DNA of 64,000 nucleotides from an uncultured Planctomycetota bacterium (GCA_963841915.1 CAWJEN010000003.1:96001-160000); one strand, 5' to 3'; shown: positions 50,375 through 60,553, counted from the first letter of the stretch. The notes: generated by a model not told the origin, from the sequence alone. Translations and numbers: made by a program.

Positions 50375-50968
50375 GTGTCAGAACGACAGGACACGTGGTT
50401 GTCGATCGGCACTTTGGCCGATGAAACAACATCGACCGCCGCCGGCAAGGTTGCCGAAGCACTTGATCCAGGAGACCTTTTGAACACTCTGCTCCATCCG
50501 GCCGAAGCCAGCGACCTCACCAACCCTGCCAGCGGCGGGGCCCGCAAGCACGGGTACGCCTACAGCTTCGACCGCGAGACCTTCCGCGGTTGCCACGCGA
50601 CCCGTATCGAAGCCGTCGCCGCCGCCGAGGAGACGCTGGCGACCTACTCCGCGCCCGTCGAGGCGATCTGGGTCGGCCGTATCACACAGGCAGAGCCACC
50701 CGTCGAGCAGCTCGGCGAGCTTGTCCTGAACGAGCTGGCGGACCGTCAGGCTGATGAAGGCGTAGAGGCGGTCGTCGCCAACGAAGACGCCCGTGACGAG
50801 CTCGATGCCCGTCTGGCGAGCCTGCTGCGGGCATGGATGGACGACTACGGCCTGCTTGCACCGCGTGGCGTGGAGTCAGTCAGCGAGCACCCGATACGTG
50901 TCGTCCCGCACGTCAACAGCGATGGCGAGGCCGGTAGGGAAATATCGCTCATCGGCGACGTCGGCTGA
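50375..50968 (+). CDS. hypothetical protein
   Basis: Codon usage looks coding; fills the gap between the kinase and regulator genes. Confidence 0.7.
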   Translation: MSERQDTWLSIGTLADETTSTAAGKVAEALDPGDLLNTLLHPAEASDLTNPASGGARKHGYAYSFDRETFRGCHATRIEAVAAAEETLATYSAPVEAIWVGRITQAEPPVEQLGELVLNELADRQADEGVEAVVANEDARDELDARLASLLRAWMDDYGLLAPRGVESVSEHPIRVVPHVNSDGEAGREISLIGDVG

Positions 50969-50971
50969 GGC

Positions 50972-51799
50972 TCACTCGTCGGCGTCCGGTGGCGATTCCT
51001 GCAGCCGATATCCGACTCCGCGCACCGTGTGGACGAGCCAATTGTGCTCGCCGAGCTTTCGGCGAATGGCCGTCACGTGGACGTCGATCGCGCGATCCGT
51101 CACGTAGACGTCGGTGCCCATCGCCTTATCCATCAGGCGATCGCGACTAAGCACGGTACCTCCTGCCTCTACAAGGGCTTTGAGCAGCTTGAACTCGGTG
51201 AGCGTGAGCTTCACCGGCTCACCGGCGGCGTTGACTTCGTGCTTGTCCGTGTCGATCACGAGCGGGCCGACGGTCAGCATCCCGGGCTGATCCCCGTCAG
51301 ACCCGGCCGCCGCCTCACGCTGCCGCCGCCGCATCACCGCCTGAATTCGAGCGATAAGCACCTTGGGGCTGAACGGCTTGCACACGTAATCGTCGGCGCC
51401 AAGAGACAGGCCCACGACGACATCCGTCTCCTCGCCCCGAGCGCTGAGCATGACGATGGGCGTGTTCGCAATGACCTGATCCGCCCGGACACGCCTGGCA
51501 ACCTCCAAGCCGTCAAGGCCCGGCAGCATCAGATCGAGCAACACGAGGTCAGGCTTGTGTCGCTTGACCATCTCCAGGGCTCGTTCACCGTCACCGGCAG
51601 CGACAACTTCGTAGCCGTTGCATTCGAGGTTCATGTGGATGAGCTCGACCAAATCGGCCTCGTCGTCGACGACCAGCACGAGTGGCTTGCTCCGCGTAGG
51701 CGAGGCGTCGTCGGCCACATCGGCTTGACCGGCGGCCTTCTGACGAGACCGCTGGAGCAGCGGGGCGGGTGGGATAGCGGGGCGACTGGCCGAGACCAT
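50972..51799 (-). CDS. OmpR/PhoB-family response regulator
   Basis: VVDDE, LLDLMLPG.DG, GADDY..KPF, winged helix 'DRAIDVHV..IRRKL..TVRGVGY'. Confidence 0.93.
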   Translation of the reverse strand: MVSASRPAIPPAPLLQRSRQKAAGQADVADDASPTRSKPLVLVVDDEADLVELIHMNLECNGYEVVAAGDGERALEMVKRHKPDLVLLDLMLPGLDGLEVARRVRADQVIANTPIVMLSARGEETDVVVGLSLGADDYVCKPFSPKVLIARIQAVMRRRQREAAAGSDGDQPGMLTVGPLVIDTDKHEVNAAGEPVKLTLTEFKLLKALVEAGGTVLSRDRLMDKAMGTDVYVTDRAIDVHVTAIRRKLGEHNWLVHTVRGVGYRLQESPPDADE

Positions 51800-51890
51800 G
51801 TGAGCGTACTTGAAACACTCAAGGCCCTAACGTCAACCCGATTTTGCACAACCGCGGCAATCCGTACGCAACCTTAACGTAAGCTGCCAC

Positions 51891-52274
51891 GTGGACCTCA
51901 CGCCGAAGCGACTCGACCTCAAGCGTGACGAACGCCTCAGCATCGACTGGTCAGACGGCTCAGCCACGACCGCCACCGTCAGCCTGCTCCGCCAGTTGTG
52001 CCCGTGTGCGATGTGCAAGATCGCCCGAGAAGGCGTCGATCCGCACCAGCTGTTCAGGCCAGCGACGCCCGAAGAGGCCGAGCAGGCAGAGCGACCGAAG
52101 CCGAAGAAAATGAAGCTCAATGTCGTACCACCGTCGCTGGCAAAGGAAGAGCGTGTGACGGTGGAGAAGGCCGAGATGATCGGCAACTACGCGATCAAGC
52201 TTCACTTCACCGACGGCCACTCAAGTGGCATCTTCACGTGGTCGTACCTCCGAGACATCAGCAAAACCGCTTAA
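51891..52274 (+). CDS. DUF971 / GBBH-like N-terminal domain protein
   Basis: 'L.IDWSDG', 'LRQLCPCAMC', 'GNYAI...F.DGH..GIF.W.YL'. Confidence 0.88.
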   Translation: MDLTPKRLDLKRDERLSIDWSDGSATTATVSLLRQLCPCAMCKIAREGVDPHQLFRPATPEEAEQAERPKPKKMKLNVVPPSLAKEERVTVEKAEMIGNYAIKLHFTDGHSSGIFTWSYLRDISKTA

Positions 52275-53677
52275 AGGTCGGCCATCGCCTGCTGGAGTCG
52301 TCGGACCTCGCGGATGGCCATTCCACCAAGCTTGGGGCGCCTGCCGTGCATGGTCGGCACGACGCCGTGACCGACACCGAGCCGGCTCGCCTCGATCAAT
52401 CGCGTCTCGATCTGTGACACCGGCCGAACTTCGCCCGCGAGACCGAGTTCGCCGAGACAAAGCGTGCCCGGTGGTAGCGGGCGGTTGAAGTGGGCCGACG
52501 TGATGGCCATGGCAACTGCCAGGTCGATGGCCGGCTCCGTCACCTTCACGCCACCGGCAACATTGACGAAGACGTCATCTGCCGCGAGCTTGAGGTCGCC
52601 CCGTTTCTCCAACACCGCGATAATCATGGCTGTCCGGTCGCTGCTGAAGCCGCTGACCTTGCGACGGGCGCTGCCGATGACGCTGCTAGCCGTGAGAGCC
52701 TGCACCTCGACCAGAAGCGGGCGACTGCCCTGCAAGGCGACAGTTAACACGCTGCCACTCGGCGCGGCCCCGTCGGCGTACTGCTCGGCGAAGATGCGGC
52801 CAGGATCCTTAACTTCGGCCAGTCCACGACCGGTCATCTCGAACAGGCCGACCTCGTGTGTGCTTCCGAAGCGGTTTTTCACGCACCGGACTACACGGTG
52901 GGCGTGGTAACGATCGCCTTCAAAGTAGACGACGGTGTCGACCACGTGCTCGACGAGCTTCGGGCCGGCAAGGGTGCCTTGCTTGGTCACATGGCCCACA
53001 AGCACGACTGCTGCACCCGTTTGCTTAGCGAGGTAGACGAGGTCCATGCACGCCTCGCGCAGCTGCGTCACGCTGCCAGGGGCGGCAGGCAGGTCGGGCT
53101 TGTAGACCATCTGCAGCGAGTCGATCACGACGACGCGAGCCTTCGTCGCATGGATCTGGTGGATGATCCGCGTCAGGTTCGACTCGGCCAGCACCAGCAG
53201 GTGATCGCTCGGCACCTCCAGCCGTTCCGCCCGAAGCTTTGTCTGCCTGGCAGATTCCTCGCTGGTGACGTAGAGCACAGGCGCTTCGCCACCTTTGCGA
53301 CCGGCCCAACGAGCAGCGGCCTGGAGAAGCAGCGTCGACTTACCGATGCCCGGCTCACCGCCGACGAGCACCGCCATGCCGCTGACCAACCCACCGCCTA
53401 GGACGCGGTCGAATTCACCAATGCCGCTGGGCCAACGGGTTTCCTTGTCTGCCTTTTCGACGTCACGCAGCCGAACCGGCTTGGCATCAGGCATGGCCGC
53501 ACCGTCGGCTGATTTGGGGGCGGCCAGGCGAGACTTTCGGTCGTCGACGGGCTCAGCACGCTGCTCCTCCAAGCTGTCCCACGTGCCGCAGTCCGGGCAC
53601 TTGCCCATCCATTTGGGGTGGATAGAGCCGCACTGCGAGCAGACGAACTGGGCGCGGGCCGCCTTGGTTTTGGCCAT
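52271..53677 (-). CDS. radA: DNA repair protein RadA/Sms
   Basis: CSQCG..WMGKCPDC, GEPGIGKST, KNRFG, C-terminal Lon-like domain. Confidence 0.97.
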   Translation of the reverse strand: MAKTKAARAQFVCSQCGSIHPKWMGKCPDCGTWDSLEEQRAEPVDDRKSRLAAPKSADGAAMPDAKPVRLRDVEKADKETRWPSGIGEFDRVLGGGLVSGMAVLVGGEPGIGKSTLLLQAAARWAGRKGGEAPVLYVTSEESARQTKLRAERLEVPSDHLLVLAESNLTRIIHQIHATKARVVVIDSLQMVYKPDLPAAPGSVTQLREACMDLVYLAKQTGAAVVLVGHVTKQGTLAGPKLVEHVVDTVVYFEGDRYHAHRVVRCVKNRFGSTHEVGLFEMTGRGLAEVKDPGRIFAEQYADGAAPSGSVLTVALQGSRPLLVEVQALTASSVIGSARRKVSGFSSDRTAMIIAVLEKRGDLKLAADDVFVNVAGGVKVTEPAIDLAVAMAITSAHFNRPLPPGTLCLGELGLAGEVRPVSQIETRLIEASRLGVGHGVVPTMHGRRPKLGGMAIREVRRLQQAMADL

Positions 53678-53724
53678 GGCCGCATCCTACGCCACGCGTT
53701 CGCACTTCGTTAGGATCAGCTCCA

Positions 53725-56073
53725 TCAGGCGCTCGGCAGCAGTCGAATCGAGTCAGCGAACGCGACGCCGGACACCGAGCTGAACTCTACAACCGTCTCG
53801 TCATCGAACGCGAACTCGCCAACAAGCACCTCCGCACCGCGAGACGAACCTGTCACCGTGCGTGAACCGAGCACTTCACCTGCGCCATTGATGACGCGGA
53901 TCAGCGTCGAGCCGAAGCCGGCCACATCCGGCACCGATGTCAGCACCGTAAACTGTCGAGACTCGTCAAACTCGAACATCGGATCAAAGGTGACGGTGCC
54001 GCTCGTGCCGCTGAGGTAGCCCAAGGCAACGGCATCTGCCGTGACCTCGCGGTCGAAGTTGCCGTCGAAGCTGACCATCTCGCTGTCATCGTCGATGAAC
54101 AGCTCCGTTTGGCCAAGCGTGCGAGCGATGGCGCGGCCGGCGAACGGGGTGTTGCCCACCGTGTTGAAGGCACGGACGCGGAAGAATCGTTCAAGATTCG
54201 GGAACGAGTCGCCGAGATCGACGGTCTGTTGGTAGCGGCCGGTGCCTTCTTGGGCCGGCAGGAAGATTGTGCGGACCTGCTCGAAGGCCGCGTCCTCGCG
54301 GCCGTCGGCGAAGGCGAAGTCGAAGGTATCAAACTTGCCGATTTCGTCCGTGACCTGCAGAACAAACCCGCTCTCGTTGTCGGCGTTGTCGTCAAAGACG
54401 ATGCTGTACTCGCTGTCGGACGAGCCAAAGACGCGGAAGTCGGTCGGCCGAACGGGAATCTCCGTCTGAGAATTGTCGACAGTTGTCGACGCCTGTCGCA
54501 CGGTGAATGCGCCCACCGAGTCGTACGCTGCCGCGTAGAACTGGACGTTGCCCTCGTCGAGCCCGGTCGTGTCGATCGTGACGTCGAAGCCGTCGCTCGA
54601 GTCGCCATCTTCTGCAACGATGGTGTCTGCCGATGTTGCCGTGCCGCGACGGACGTCGCCGGGTGTTTGAAGCCCGTCTTGTCCGTTGCTTTCGCGGTAG
54701 AAGACGACGCTGGCAATGCGGTCATCTGCGTCGACATCGCCGGAAAACTCTGCAATTTCCGTCGTGTCGACCTCAGCAAGCAGACGTAGATCCTGGCCGG
54801 ATGCCACGACAGGCGTGCTGACGTTAAAGAAGAAAGGTTGCGGCGCGACGTTGTACCGGAGGCCGAAATTCGTGTCGGTGACCGAGGTCGTGTCGTCTTC
54901 CAGCAGGACTTCAATCTGGAAAGGCGTCGGCAGCCCTCCGGTCCCGCCGGAGACACCGGGATCAGAAGCAAGCGGTCCGACCCCGAGCAAAGGCCCCGAC
55001 GGACCATCGGGGTCATAGAAGTCACTCGCCCGGTAGTTGACGCCGTAGCCCAGATCCTGCACAGCGGCAAGGCTAATCCGGCTGAGCGGGTTGATCGGCT
55101 CTGCGTCAGCCGGTCGACCGTCGTTGGCTTCGGCCTCCGGACTCATCAGCTCGGATTCGAAAACATTCTCCCGCCAGTGGGCCTCGGTGTTGATCTCGAT
55201 TGGAACCGAAGTGGCTGCCGGATCTTCAAAGGTCCGCTGATATTCGAAGAGCGCGTTGTCTCCGATATACGCGACATCGCTCGTCCCGCGGTCGATCAGT
55301 CGGTTGTCCCAGATTGTGCCAATCCCAATGATGTGCCCGATCTCGTGGACGACCGTTTCCACGAACTGCCGGCCGGGCTCGTCGAAGAACGTGTTGATCG
55401 TGATCTGACCGGCATAAGGGATGCCGACGGGCCCGAAGAAGTCACTCAAATTCTCAGTTCCGGGCCGAAACAGGTTCGGCCCGGCAGACGCGAGCGGACC
55501 GCCCGGACCCTGGTTCGTAGCAACCACCGTGATTGCCAGGTCATCGACTCCGTCGATGTCAGGCAGGTCATTAACAATGATCTCCTCCCACCTATTGACG
55601 GCAGTCTCGACCAGAAGTTCGAGCTCGGTGGTGAGATTTGCCCGACTCAGATCATAATCAATGTTGAAGCCGACGTTGCTTCGACCCGCCAGACCCGGTG
55701 CGGTCTGACCAAGCGTGACGTCCCTGATGGGCACGATGGACCCGTCGCGGAGTTGCGTCGTCGTCGGCACCGGCGCCGAGTCTGGAATTTCCAGCACGGT
55801 CCCGATGGCGTAAGTGCCGGCCGGCAAGTCATTGAAGGCGAAGGTGCCGTTGTCGTTGGTCAACGTTGTCGGCTCACCATCATCGAGGATGCCGTTCTTG
55901 TTCTCGTCGATGTAGACGGTGACATCTGCAAAATCGTCCTCGAAGAAGTTCTTGACGCCGTCACTGTCGCTGTCGAAGAAGACGTTGCCCTCGATGGTCG
56001 CCAGAAGGCGGCGGTCTTCGAGCTTCTCAATGGTGGTGCAGGCGGCGGTACGGACGGGGCGCGAGAGCGGCAT
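53725..56073 (-). CDS. secreted leishmanolysin-like zinc metalloprotease with SdrD-B-like and FN3-like domains
   Basis: N-terminal 'IEKLEDRRLLA' Planctomycete export signature; 'VYIDENKNGILDDGE'; HEIGHIIGIG..HW.E....ELM..DLGY. Confidence 0.8.
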   Translation of the reverse strand: MPLSRPVRTAACTTIEKLEDRRLLATIEGNVFFDSDSDGVKNFFEDDFADVTVYIDENKNGILDDGEPTTLTNDNGTFAFNDLPAGTYAIGTVLEIPDSAPVPTTTQLRDGSIVPIRDVTLGQTAPGLAGRSNVGFNIDYDLSRANLTTELELLVETAVNRWEEIIVNDLPDIDGVDDLAITVVATNQGPGGPLASAGPNLFRPGTENLSDFFGPVGIPYAGQITINTFFDEPGRQFVETVVHEIGHIIGIGTIWDNRLIDRGTSDVAYIGDNALFEYQRTFEDPAATSVPIEINTEAHWRENVFESELMSPEAEANDGRPADAEPINPLSRISLAAVQDLGYGVNYRASDFYDPDGPSGPLLGVGPLASDPGVSGGTGGLPTPFQIEVLLEDDTTSVTDTNFGLRYNVAPQPFFFNVSTPVVASGQDLRLLAEVDTTEIAEFSGDVDADDRIASVVFYRESNGQDGLQTPGDVRRGTATSADTIVAEDGDSSDGFDVTIDTTGLDEGNVQFYAAAYDSVGAFTVRQASTTVDNSQTEIPVRPTDFRVFGSSDSEYSIVFDDNADNESGFVLQVTDEIGKFDTFDFAFADGREDAAFEQVRTIFLPAQEGTGRYQQTVDLGDSFPNLERFFRVRAFNTVGNTPFAGRAIARTLGQTELFIDDDSEMVSFDGNFDREVTADAVALGYLSGTSGTVTFDPMFEFDESRQFTVLTSVPDVAGFGSTLIRVINGAGEVLGSRTVTGSSRGAEVLVGEFAFDDETVVEFSSVSGVAFADSIRLLPSA

Positions 56074-56293
56074 GATGAACAGGGTTGGCGCGGCGAGGCG
56101 GACGAATGCTGCGGGCCACCTGGCAGGCGGCGGTGAAGGCTCGGCGGGTGCGGAACCTGTGGTGGGACCCGGATCGTCGCCAAACCCTGCCGCGGTGTCA
56201 ATCGAGCAGGGCGTGCGACACGTTCCGGTAATGTCGTTGCTCCTTAGACGCATCGATAGACGTCCGGTTCGCGAAACTCGACTACGGTGCGAC

Positions 56294-57367
56294 GTGAGTG
56301 AGTTGTTGCCCCTATCTGCCGAGCGAGAACGTGACATCAGACGGGCAGCTGCGAAACGATGGATGCCGCCGAGCTTCGAGACGCCGCTTGTCGAGCATTA
56401 CAACCGTCCCGGTCTCGATTTTTGGGATGAGGCGGCGCTGATGCCGCGTGCGGTGGAGGGTCGCATCATCGACTGTCACAGCCACCTGCTCGATGCAGCC
56501 CACGCCGACGCGTGGTTTCAGGCCGCCGACGCGTACGGCATCGACCACACAATCACAATGTCGCCGCTGGAGGAGACGCTGAGGCTCCTTCGCGGCCCCT
56601 ACGCCGATCGCCTGACGTTCATCGCCGTCCCCGCCTGGCAGCGGGGCGGATACGACGAAGACAACTTCTGGCCCCGAGTCAAGGCCTTCTACGACCTGGG
56701 CGTCCGCGTGGTGAAGTTTCACCTCGCCCCCGGCACAATGCAGAAGTCCGACCTGTTCCTTGGCAGCGACAGGCTGCGAAGCTACATCGACCGTGCGGCT
56801 TTGATGGGCATGATCATCATGACCCACATCGGTGACCCACAGGCGTGGTACGACCACCCCGACAAGTACGGCAGTGATGCCGAGTTCTGGGGCACGCGTG
56901 AGCAGCACTACGACGCCTGGGAGCAACTTCTGGAGCACACCGGCGGCCAGCCGTGGTGGGGCGCACATCTTGGCGGCTGGCCCGAAAACCCTGAGCGACT
57001 CGCACACCTGCTGCGGACCTATCCCGACCTAACGCTCGACCTGTCAGCCACGACGTGGATGGCCCGTGAGGTCTCACTGCAACGGGATGTCATGCGACGC
57101 TTCGTGATCGAGTTCCAAGACCGCCTCATGTGGGGCAGTGATCAGGTGAGTCAGGACGCCCGCAACGCCGACTTCTACGCGAGTCGCTGGTGGACGCACC
57201 GCAAGCTGTGGGAGAGCAACTTCGAAGGTCACTCGCCCATACGAGACGCAGCCGCGCCGGGCGGCGTGGCGGTGCTGAAGGGTCTCGATCTACCGGCGGA
57301 CGTCCTTGCAAAGCTGTACCGCGAGAACATTCGTCGCCTGCTTGGCCGCGTTTCTGTCACCGTCTGA
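56294..57367 (+). CDS. amidohydrolase-2 family protein
   Basis: IIDCHSH, VKF, THIGDP, GAHLGG, LMWGSD; start inferred. Confidence 0.85.
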   Translation: MSELLPLSAERERDIRRAAAKRWMPPSFETPLVEHYNRPGLDFWDEAALMPRAVEGRIIDCHSHLLDAAHADAWFQAADAYGIDHTITMSPLEETLRLLRGPYADRLTFIAVPAWQRGGYDEDNFWPRVKAFYDLGVRVVKFHLAPGTMQKSDLFLGSDRLRSYIDRAALMGMIIMTHIGDPQAWYDHPDKYGSDAEFWGTREQHYDAWEQLLEHTGGQPWWGAHLGGWPENPERLAHLLRTYPDLTLDLSATTWMAREVSLQRDVMRRFVIEFQDRLMWGSDQVSQDARNADFYASRWWTHRKLWESNFEGHSPIRDAAAPGGVAVLKGLDLPADVLAKLYRENIRRLLGRVSVTV

Positions 57368-57375
57368 GCTACGTG

Positions 57376-57957
57376 TTACTCGAGCTTGCGCGTTGCCTCG
57401 AAGCTGCGCCCGGTCAGGCCGTCTTCATAGGTCGCCTTGATCAATAGGTCCGCATCGTCGGCAGGCTTGGCATCGGCATCGATGAGGTCGCACGTCAGCA
57501 CGTATCCGCTGAACAATGCACCGCTTTGCCAGCACTTCTTCGCCTCATCAATTGGAAATGTCCAGGTGCCGACCCTCACCTGCTCGCCGCCGTTGAGGTT
57601 GAAGGCTTCGACCCGAACGCCACCCGCGGCCTTGAAGGCGCTGCCATCGTCGTCCGTCGGCGTCAGGTAGACCTTGAGATTGTCGCCCTCACGGCCGGTG
57701 AGGCGTCCGAACTCGATGCCGCCGACCGTGAACAGCTGCTCAAGTCGGTCCTGGGGCAGCGTGGCCAGCGTGCCGCGGTCACTTTCGAGCGCCCGCGCCT
57801 GGCTGCGGAGCTGCTCATTGACACGCGTCAGCTCCTCGACCTTCGCCTGTAGCTCTTGATTCCTCTTTCGAAGATCCGTGTTGGCCTTATTCGGCTGTGA
57901 GCAGCCGGCAAGGGTCAAGACCAACAGCAGAGCGATGGCGAGGCGGGCGTTACTCAT
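57376..57957 (-). CDS. lipoprotein with coiled-coil stalk
   Basis: Lipobox LAGC, heptad segment, beta-rich C-terminal domain; overlaps the clpP stop by 8 nt. Confidence 0.75.
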   Translation of the reverse strand: MSNARLAIALLLVLTLAGCSQPNKANTDLRKRNQELQAKVEELTRVNEQLRSQARALESDRGTLATLPQDRLEQLFTVGGIEFGRLTGREGDNLKVYLTPTDDDGSAFKAAGGVRVEAFNLNGGEQVRVGTWTFPIDEAKKCWQSGALFSGYVLTCDLIDADAKPADDADLLIKATYEDGLTGRSFEATRKLE

Positions 57958-58585
57958 TTTCGTGATCCGGCTTGTGGTGCGTGAACGTCTCCGGTGCCCG
58001 CTCGAGCACCTTGTCGGCGCACCCGTACTCGACGGCCTCTTCAGCAAAGAGCCACTTGTTGCGGTCGAAGTCGCGGTGGATCGTGTCGTAGTCTTTGCCC
58101 GTCCACTCGGCCATCATGTGGTACAAGCGGTCGCGCAGGCGGATCATGTGCTTGGCCTCGATGCCGAGGTCCGTCGCCTGACCCTGCATGACGCCGCCCA
58201 GGAGCGGCTGGTGGAGCATGACCTGGCTGTTGCGCAGGACGTACCGCTTGCCCTTGGTGCCTGCTGACAGGAGGGCCGAGCCCATCGACGCGGCCATGCC
58301 GATGCCGTAGGTAGCGACGTCGCACCGCAGGAACGACATGGTGTCGAGGATACCAAATCCTGCCGAGACACTGCCACCGGGGCTGTTGACGTAGAAGTGG
58401 ATGTCGGCCTCAGGGTCTTCGGTCGAGAGGAAGAGCATCTGGGCGATGATCAGCTGGGCCGAGTCGTCGGTGACGGGCCCGCCGAGCATGATGATGCGAT
58501 CTTTGAGAAGGCGAGAGAAGATGTCGAACGCCCGCTCACCGCGGCCGCTCTTCTCGATCACCATTGGGACGAGTGTGTTGTTCAT
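57950..58585 (-). CDS. clpP: Clp protease proteolytic subunit (triad Ser-His-Asn)
   Basis: [27 protein letters not shown]; 'DFDRNKWL' where ERD is expected. Confidence 0.93.
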   Translation of the reverse strand: MNNTLVPMVIEKSGRGERAFDIFSRLLKDRIIMLGGPVTDDSAQLIIAQMLFLSTEDPEADIHFYVNSPGGSVSAGFGILDTMSFLRCDVATYGIGMAASMGSALLSAGTKGKRYVLRNSQVMLHQPLLGGVMQGQATDLGIEAKHMIRLRDRLYHMMAEWTGKDYDTIHRDFDRNKWLFAEEAVEYGCADKVLERAPETFTHHKPDHENE

Positions 58586-58658
58586 TAGTGTCGTCTTTAA
58601 GTGGGCCTGGCCCACCATCTGTTGCAAGTGCAGTGCGTGGTCTGATGCCGGTGGCGGC

Positions 58659-59369
58659 TTACTTCTCCTTAGTTCCATCGACCGCTTCGGCGACGACCTC
58701 GGCATCTTCGTCGGCACCAAGGACTTCGTCGACAAGGCCGTACTCAACGGCCTCTTTCGCGCTGAAGAACCGGTCGCGCTCGGCATCTTCGGCAATCTTC
58801 TCGACCGTCTGGCCGGTGCTCTTGGCAAGAATTTTGTTGAGATTTTCCTTCGTCTTGAGGATTTCCTCGGCTTGGATCTCGATGTCGCTGGTCTGGCCGT
58901 ACACGCCGCCGTGCGGCTGGTGGATCATGACCTTGGCATTGGGCAGGATGAACCGCTTGCCCTTGGTGCCCGCCGCCAGCACGATTGCGCCGCCGCTCTC
59001 GGCCCGGCCGATGCAGTAGGTGGCGACGTCACAGGTGAGGAACTTCATGACGTCGTACATGGCCAGCGTGTCGTCAACGACGCCGCCGGGGCTGTTGATG
59101 TAGAAATTGATGTCCTGATCACGCTTGACGCTCTGCAGGTACATCATCTGCATGATGACGCGGCTGGCCGAGGCGTGGTTGATCTCACCGACGAGGAAGA
59201 CGACGCGGTTTTCGAGGAGCATTTCCTCGAGCGTCATCTCCCGCGTCCGCTGATACCCACCGCCACCCGGGGCAGCCATGGGCATGTTGCGGGTCGGGTA
59301 ACTTGCCGGATGATTGGGTCCGCGGCCGGCCATGTTGCCGAGCGTCGCGAGGGTCTGCGGGTCGAGCAT
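58659..59369 (-). CDS. clpP: Clp protease proteolytic subunit (triad Ser-His-Asp)
   Basis: INSPGG, AESGG, MIHQP, DAERDRFF. Confidence 0.93.
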   Translation of the reverse strand: MLDPQTLATLGNMAGRGPNHPASYPTRNMPMAAPGGGGYQRTREMTLEEMLLENRVVFLVGEINHASASRVIMQMMYLQSVKRDQDINFYINSPGGVVDDTLAMYDVMKFLTCDVATYCIGRAESGGAIVLAAGTKGKRFILPNAKVMIHQPHGGVYGQTSDIEIQAEEILKTKENLNKILAKSTGQTVEKIAEDAERDRFFSAKEAVEYGLVDEVLGADEDAEVVAEAVDGTKEK

Positions 59370-59415
59370 GCCGGACCCTATGCCGTCGCAATCGGCTGCG
59401 CGCAAGCTGTTTCTT

Positions 59416-60453
59416 CTAACGCTTCGGTACGAAGCGGCAAACGCAGTCGTACAAGTCGCCGCCGACGTGGCGGGCGATGGACTCGTCCTTTAGCATGGCC
59501 AGATTCAGGCGGTCGCAGACGAGATCGGCGTCGAAGTTGCTCTCGACGCCGCGGCCCATGCCTTCGAGCACCACCAGATCCGCACCCGCAGCGGCAGCGT
59601 TGAGCTCGGGGCTAACCTGTCGCAGATCGATCAGCGGATCGCCCGTGCCGGTGGAGACAATCTTGACAGACAGGTCGCGGATGACTCGCGGCAGTCGCGG
59701 CCACAGCTCGCGCACCTCGGCAGCCGTGACGTCATTCAGACTCGGCTCGTGGTTGCACGCCAGCACGATCTGCGAGCCCGGCGTACTCGCCAGCCACAGG
59801 AACGGCAAGACGCCCAACACAAAGTCGCTGCCTGCGTTGTCAGCGAAGAAGACGGTCTTCTTCGGCGGGCTCGCGTTGACGCGGGCGCGGAAAGCGTCGA
59901 GGTCGTCGTGCAGCCACGGCCGGGGCTTGAGATTCGCCCGCGTCTCCAGGAAGTCGGGCGAGGCGTCCTTGAACTTCCCGGCCGTTGCCTTGGCCCCCAT
60001 ATCAAAGATGTTGCCGGCAAAGACACCCTCGACAGCGAGCTGCACAGGGTCTTCGCTTGTCTCGATCTCGTGCACCACGTGCTCGAGTAGCGGGAGCATG
60101 AGGTTGTTTTCCCGTGCCTTTTGAGCGACGAAGGCATCGGCAAAGCCGTTGTCGCGCAGGGCGTCGTCCCGCCAACGGTCGAGCGTGAAAAGCGTGACCT
60201 CGCCGAAGGCGGTGGGATTTTGCACAAAGGCATCAAGCTGTTGTCGCAGCTGAACGGCGACACCCGCGGCTCGCCCTCGAGCGTCAGCGGTGTCGCCCTG
60301 TGCAGCGACGCCAATGCTGGTGATGGTGGCAATGTGCGACGTGAAGAAGTCGACCCAGTACTCCCGGAGGCTCGCATCCGCCACAAGGTCGAGCGGGCAA
60401 GGACGATACGTCGCAGGGTCGCGAAGCAGAACGAACGGTTCCAGCGTGGGCAT
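59416..60453 (-). CDS. DUF89/ARMT1-like damage-control phosphatase
   Basis: K..EN, AGNIFDMGA, DNAG.D, NDVT, EGMGRG.ESN. Confidence 0.85.
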   Translation of the reverse strand: MPTLEPFVLLRDPATYRPCPLDLVADASLREYWVDFFTSHIATITSIGVAAQGDTADARGRAAGVAVQLRQQLDAFVQNPTAFGEVTLFTLDRWRDDALRDNGFADAFVAQKARENNLMLPLLEHVVHEIETSEDPVQLAVEGVFAGNIFDMGAKATAGKFKDASPDFLETRANLKPRPWLHDDLDAFRARVNASPPKKTVFFADNAGSDFVLGVLPFLWLASTPGSQIVLACNHEPSLNDVTAAEVRELWPRLPRVIRDLSVKIVSTGTGDPLIDLRQVSPELNAAAAGADLVVLEGMGRGVESNFDADLVCDRLNLAMLKDESIARHVGGDLYDCVCRFVPKR

Positions 60454-60553
60454 GTGCGGCACCGTAGCGGCGGCCCGAGCTCTCCTCTCGAGACGTGAGT
60501 CGGCACGCTCACGGCCTTTGTATGCGATCGTCCTGATCCGTACGCTGCAGCTC

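Noticed and set aside
19169..51799. Pho regulon island (phoD, PhoA-like, metallophosphoesterase, PhoB-like regulator)
   Set aside because: The genes are scattered over more than 30 kb and I saw no clear 11-bp-spaced pho-box repeats
51883..51898. GCTGCCACGTGGACCT at the DUF971 start as a fifth parS
   Set aside because: Only 11/16 match and the outer arms are not palindromic
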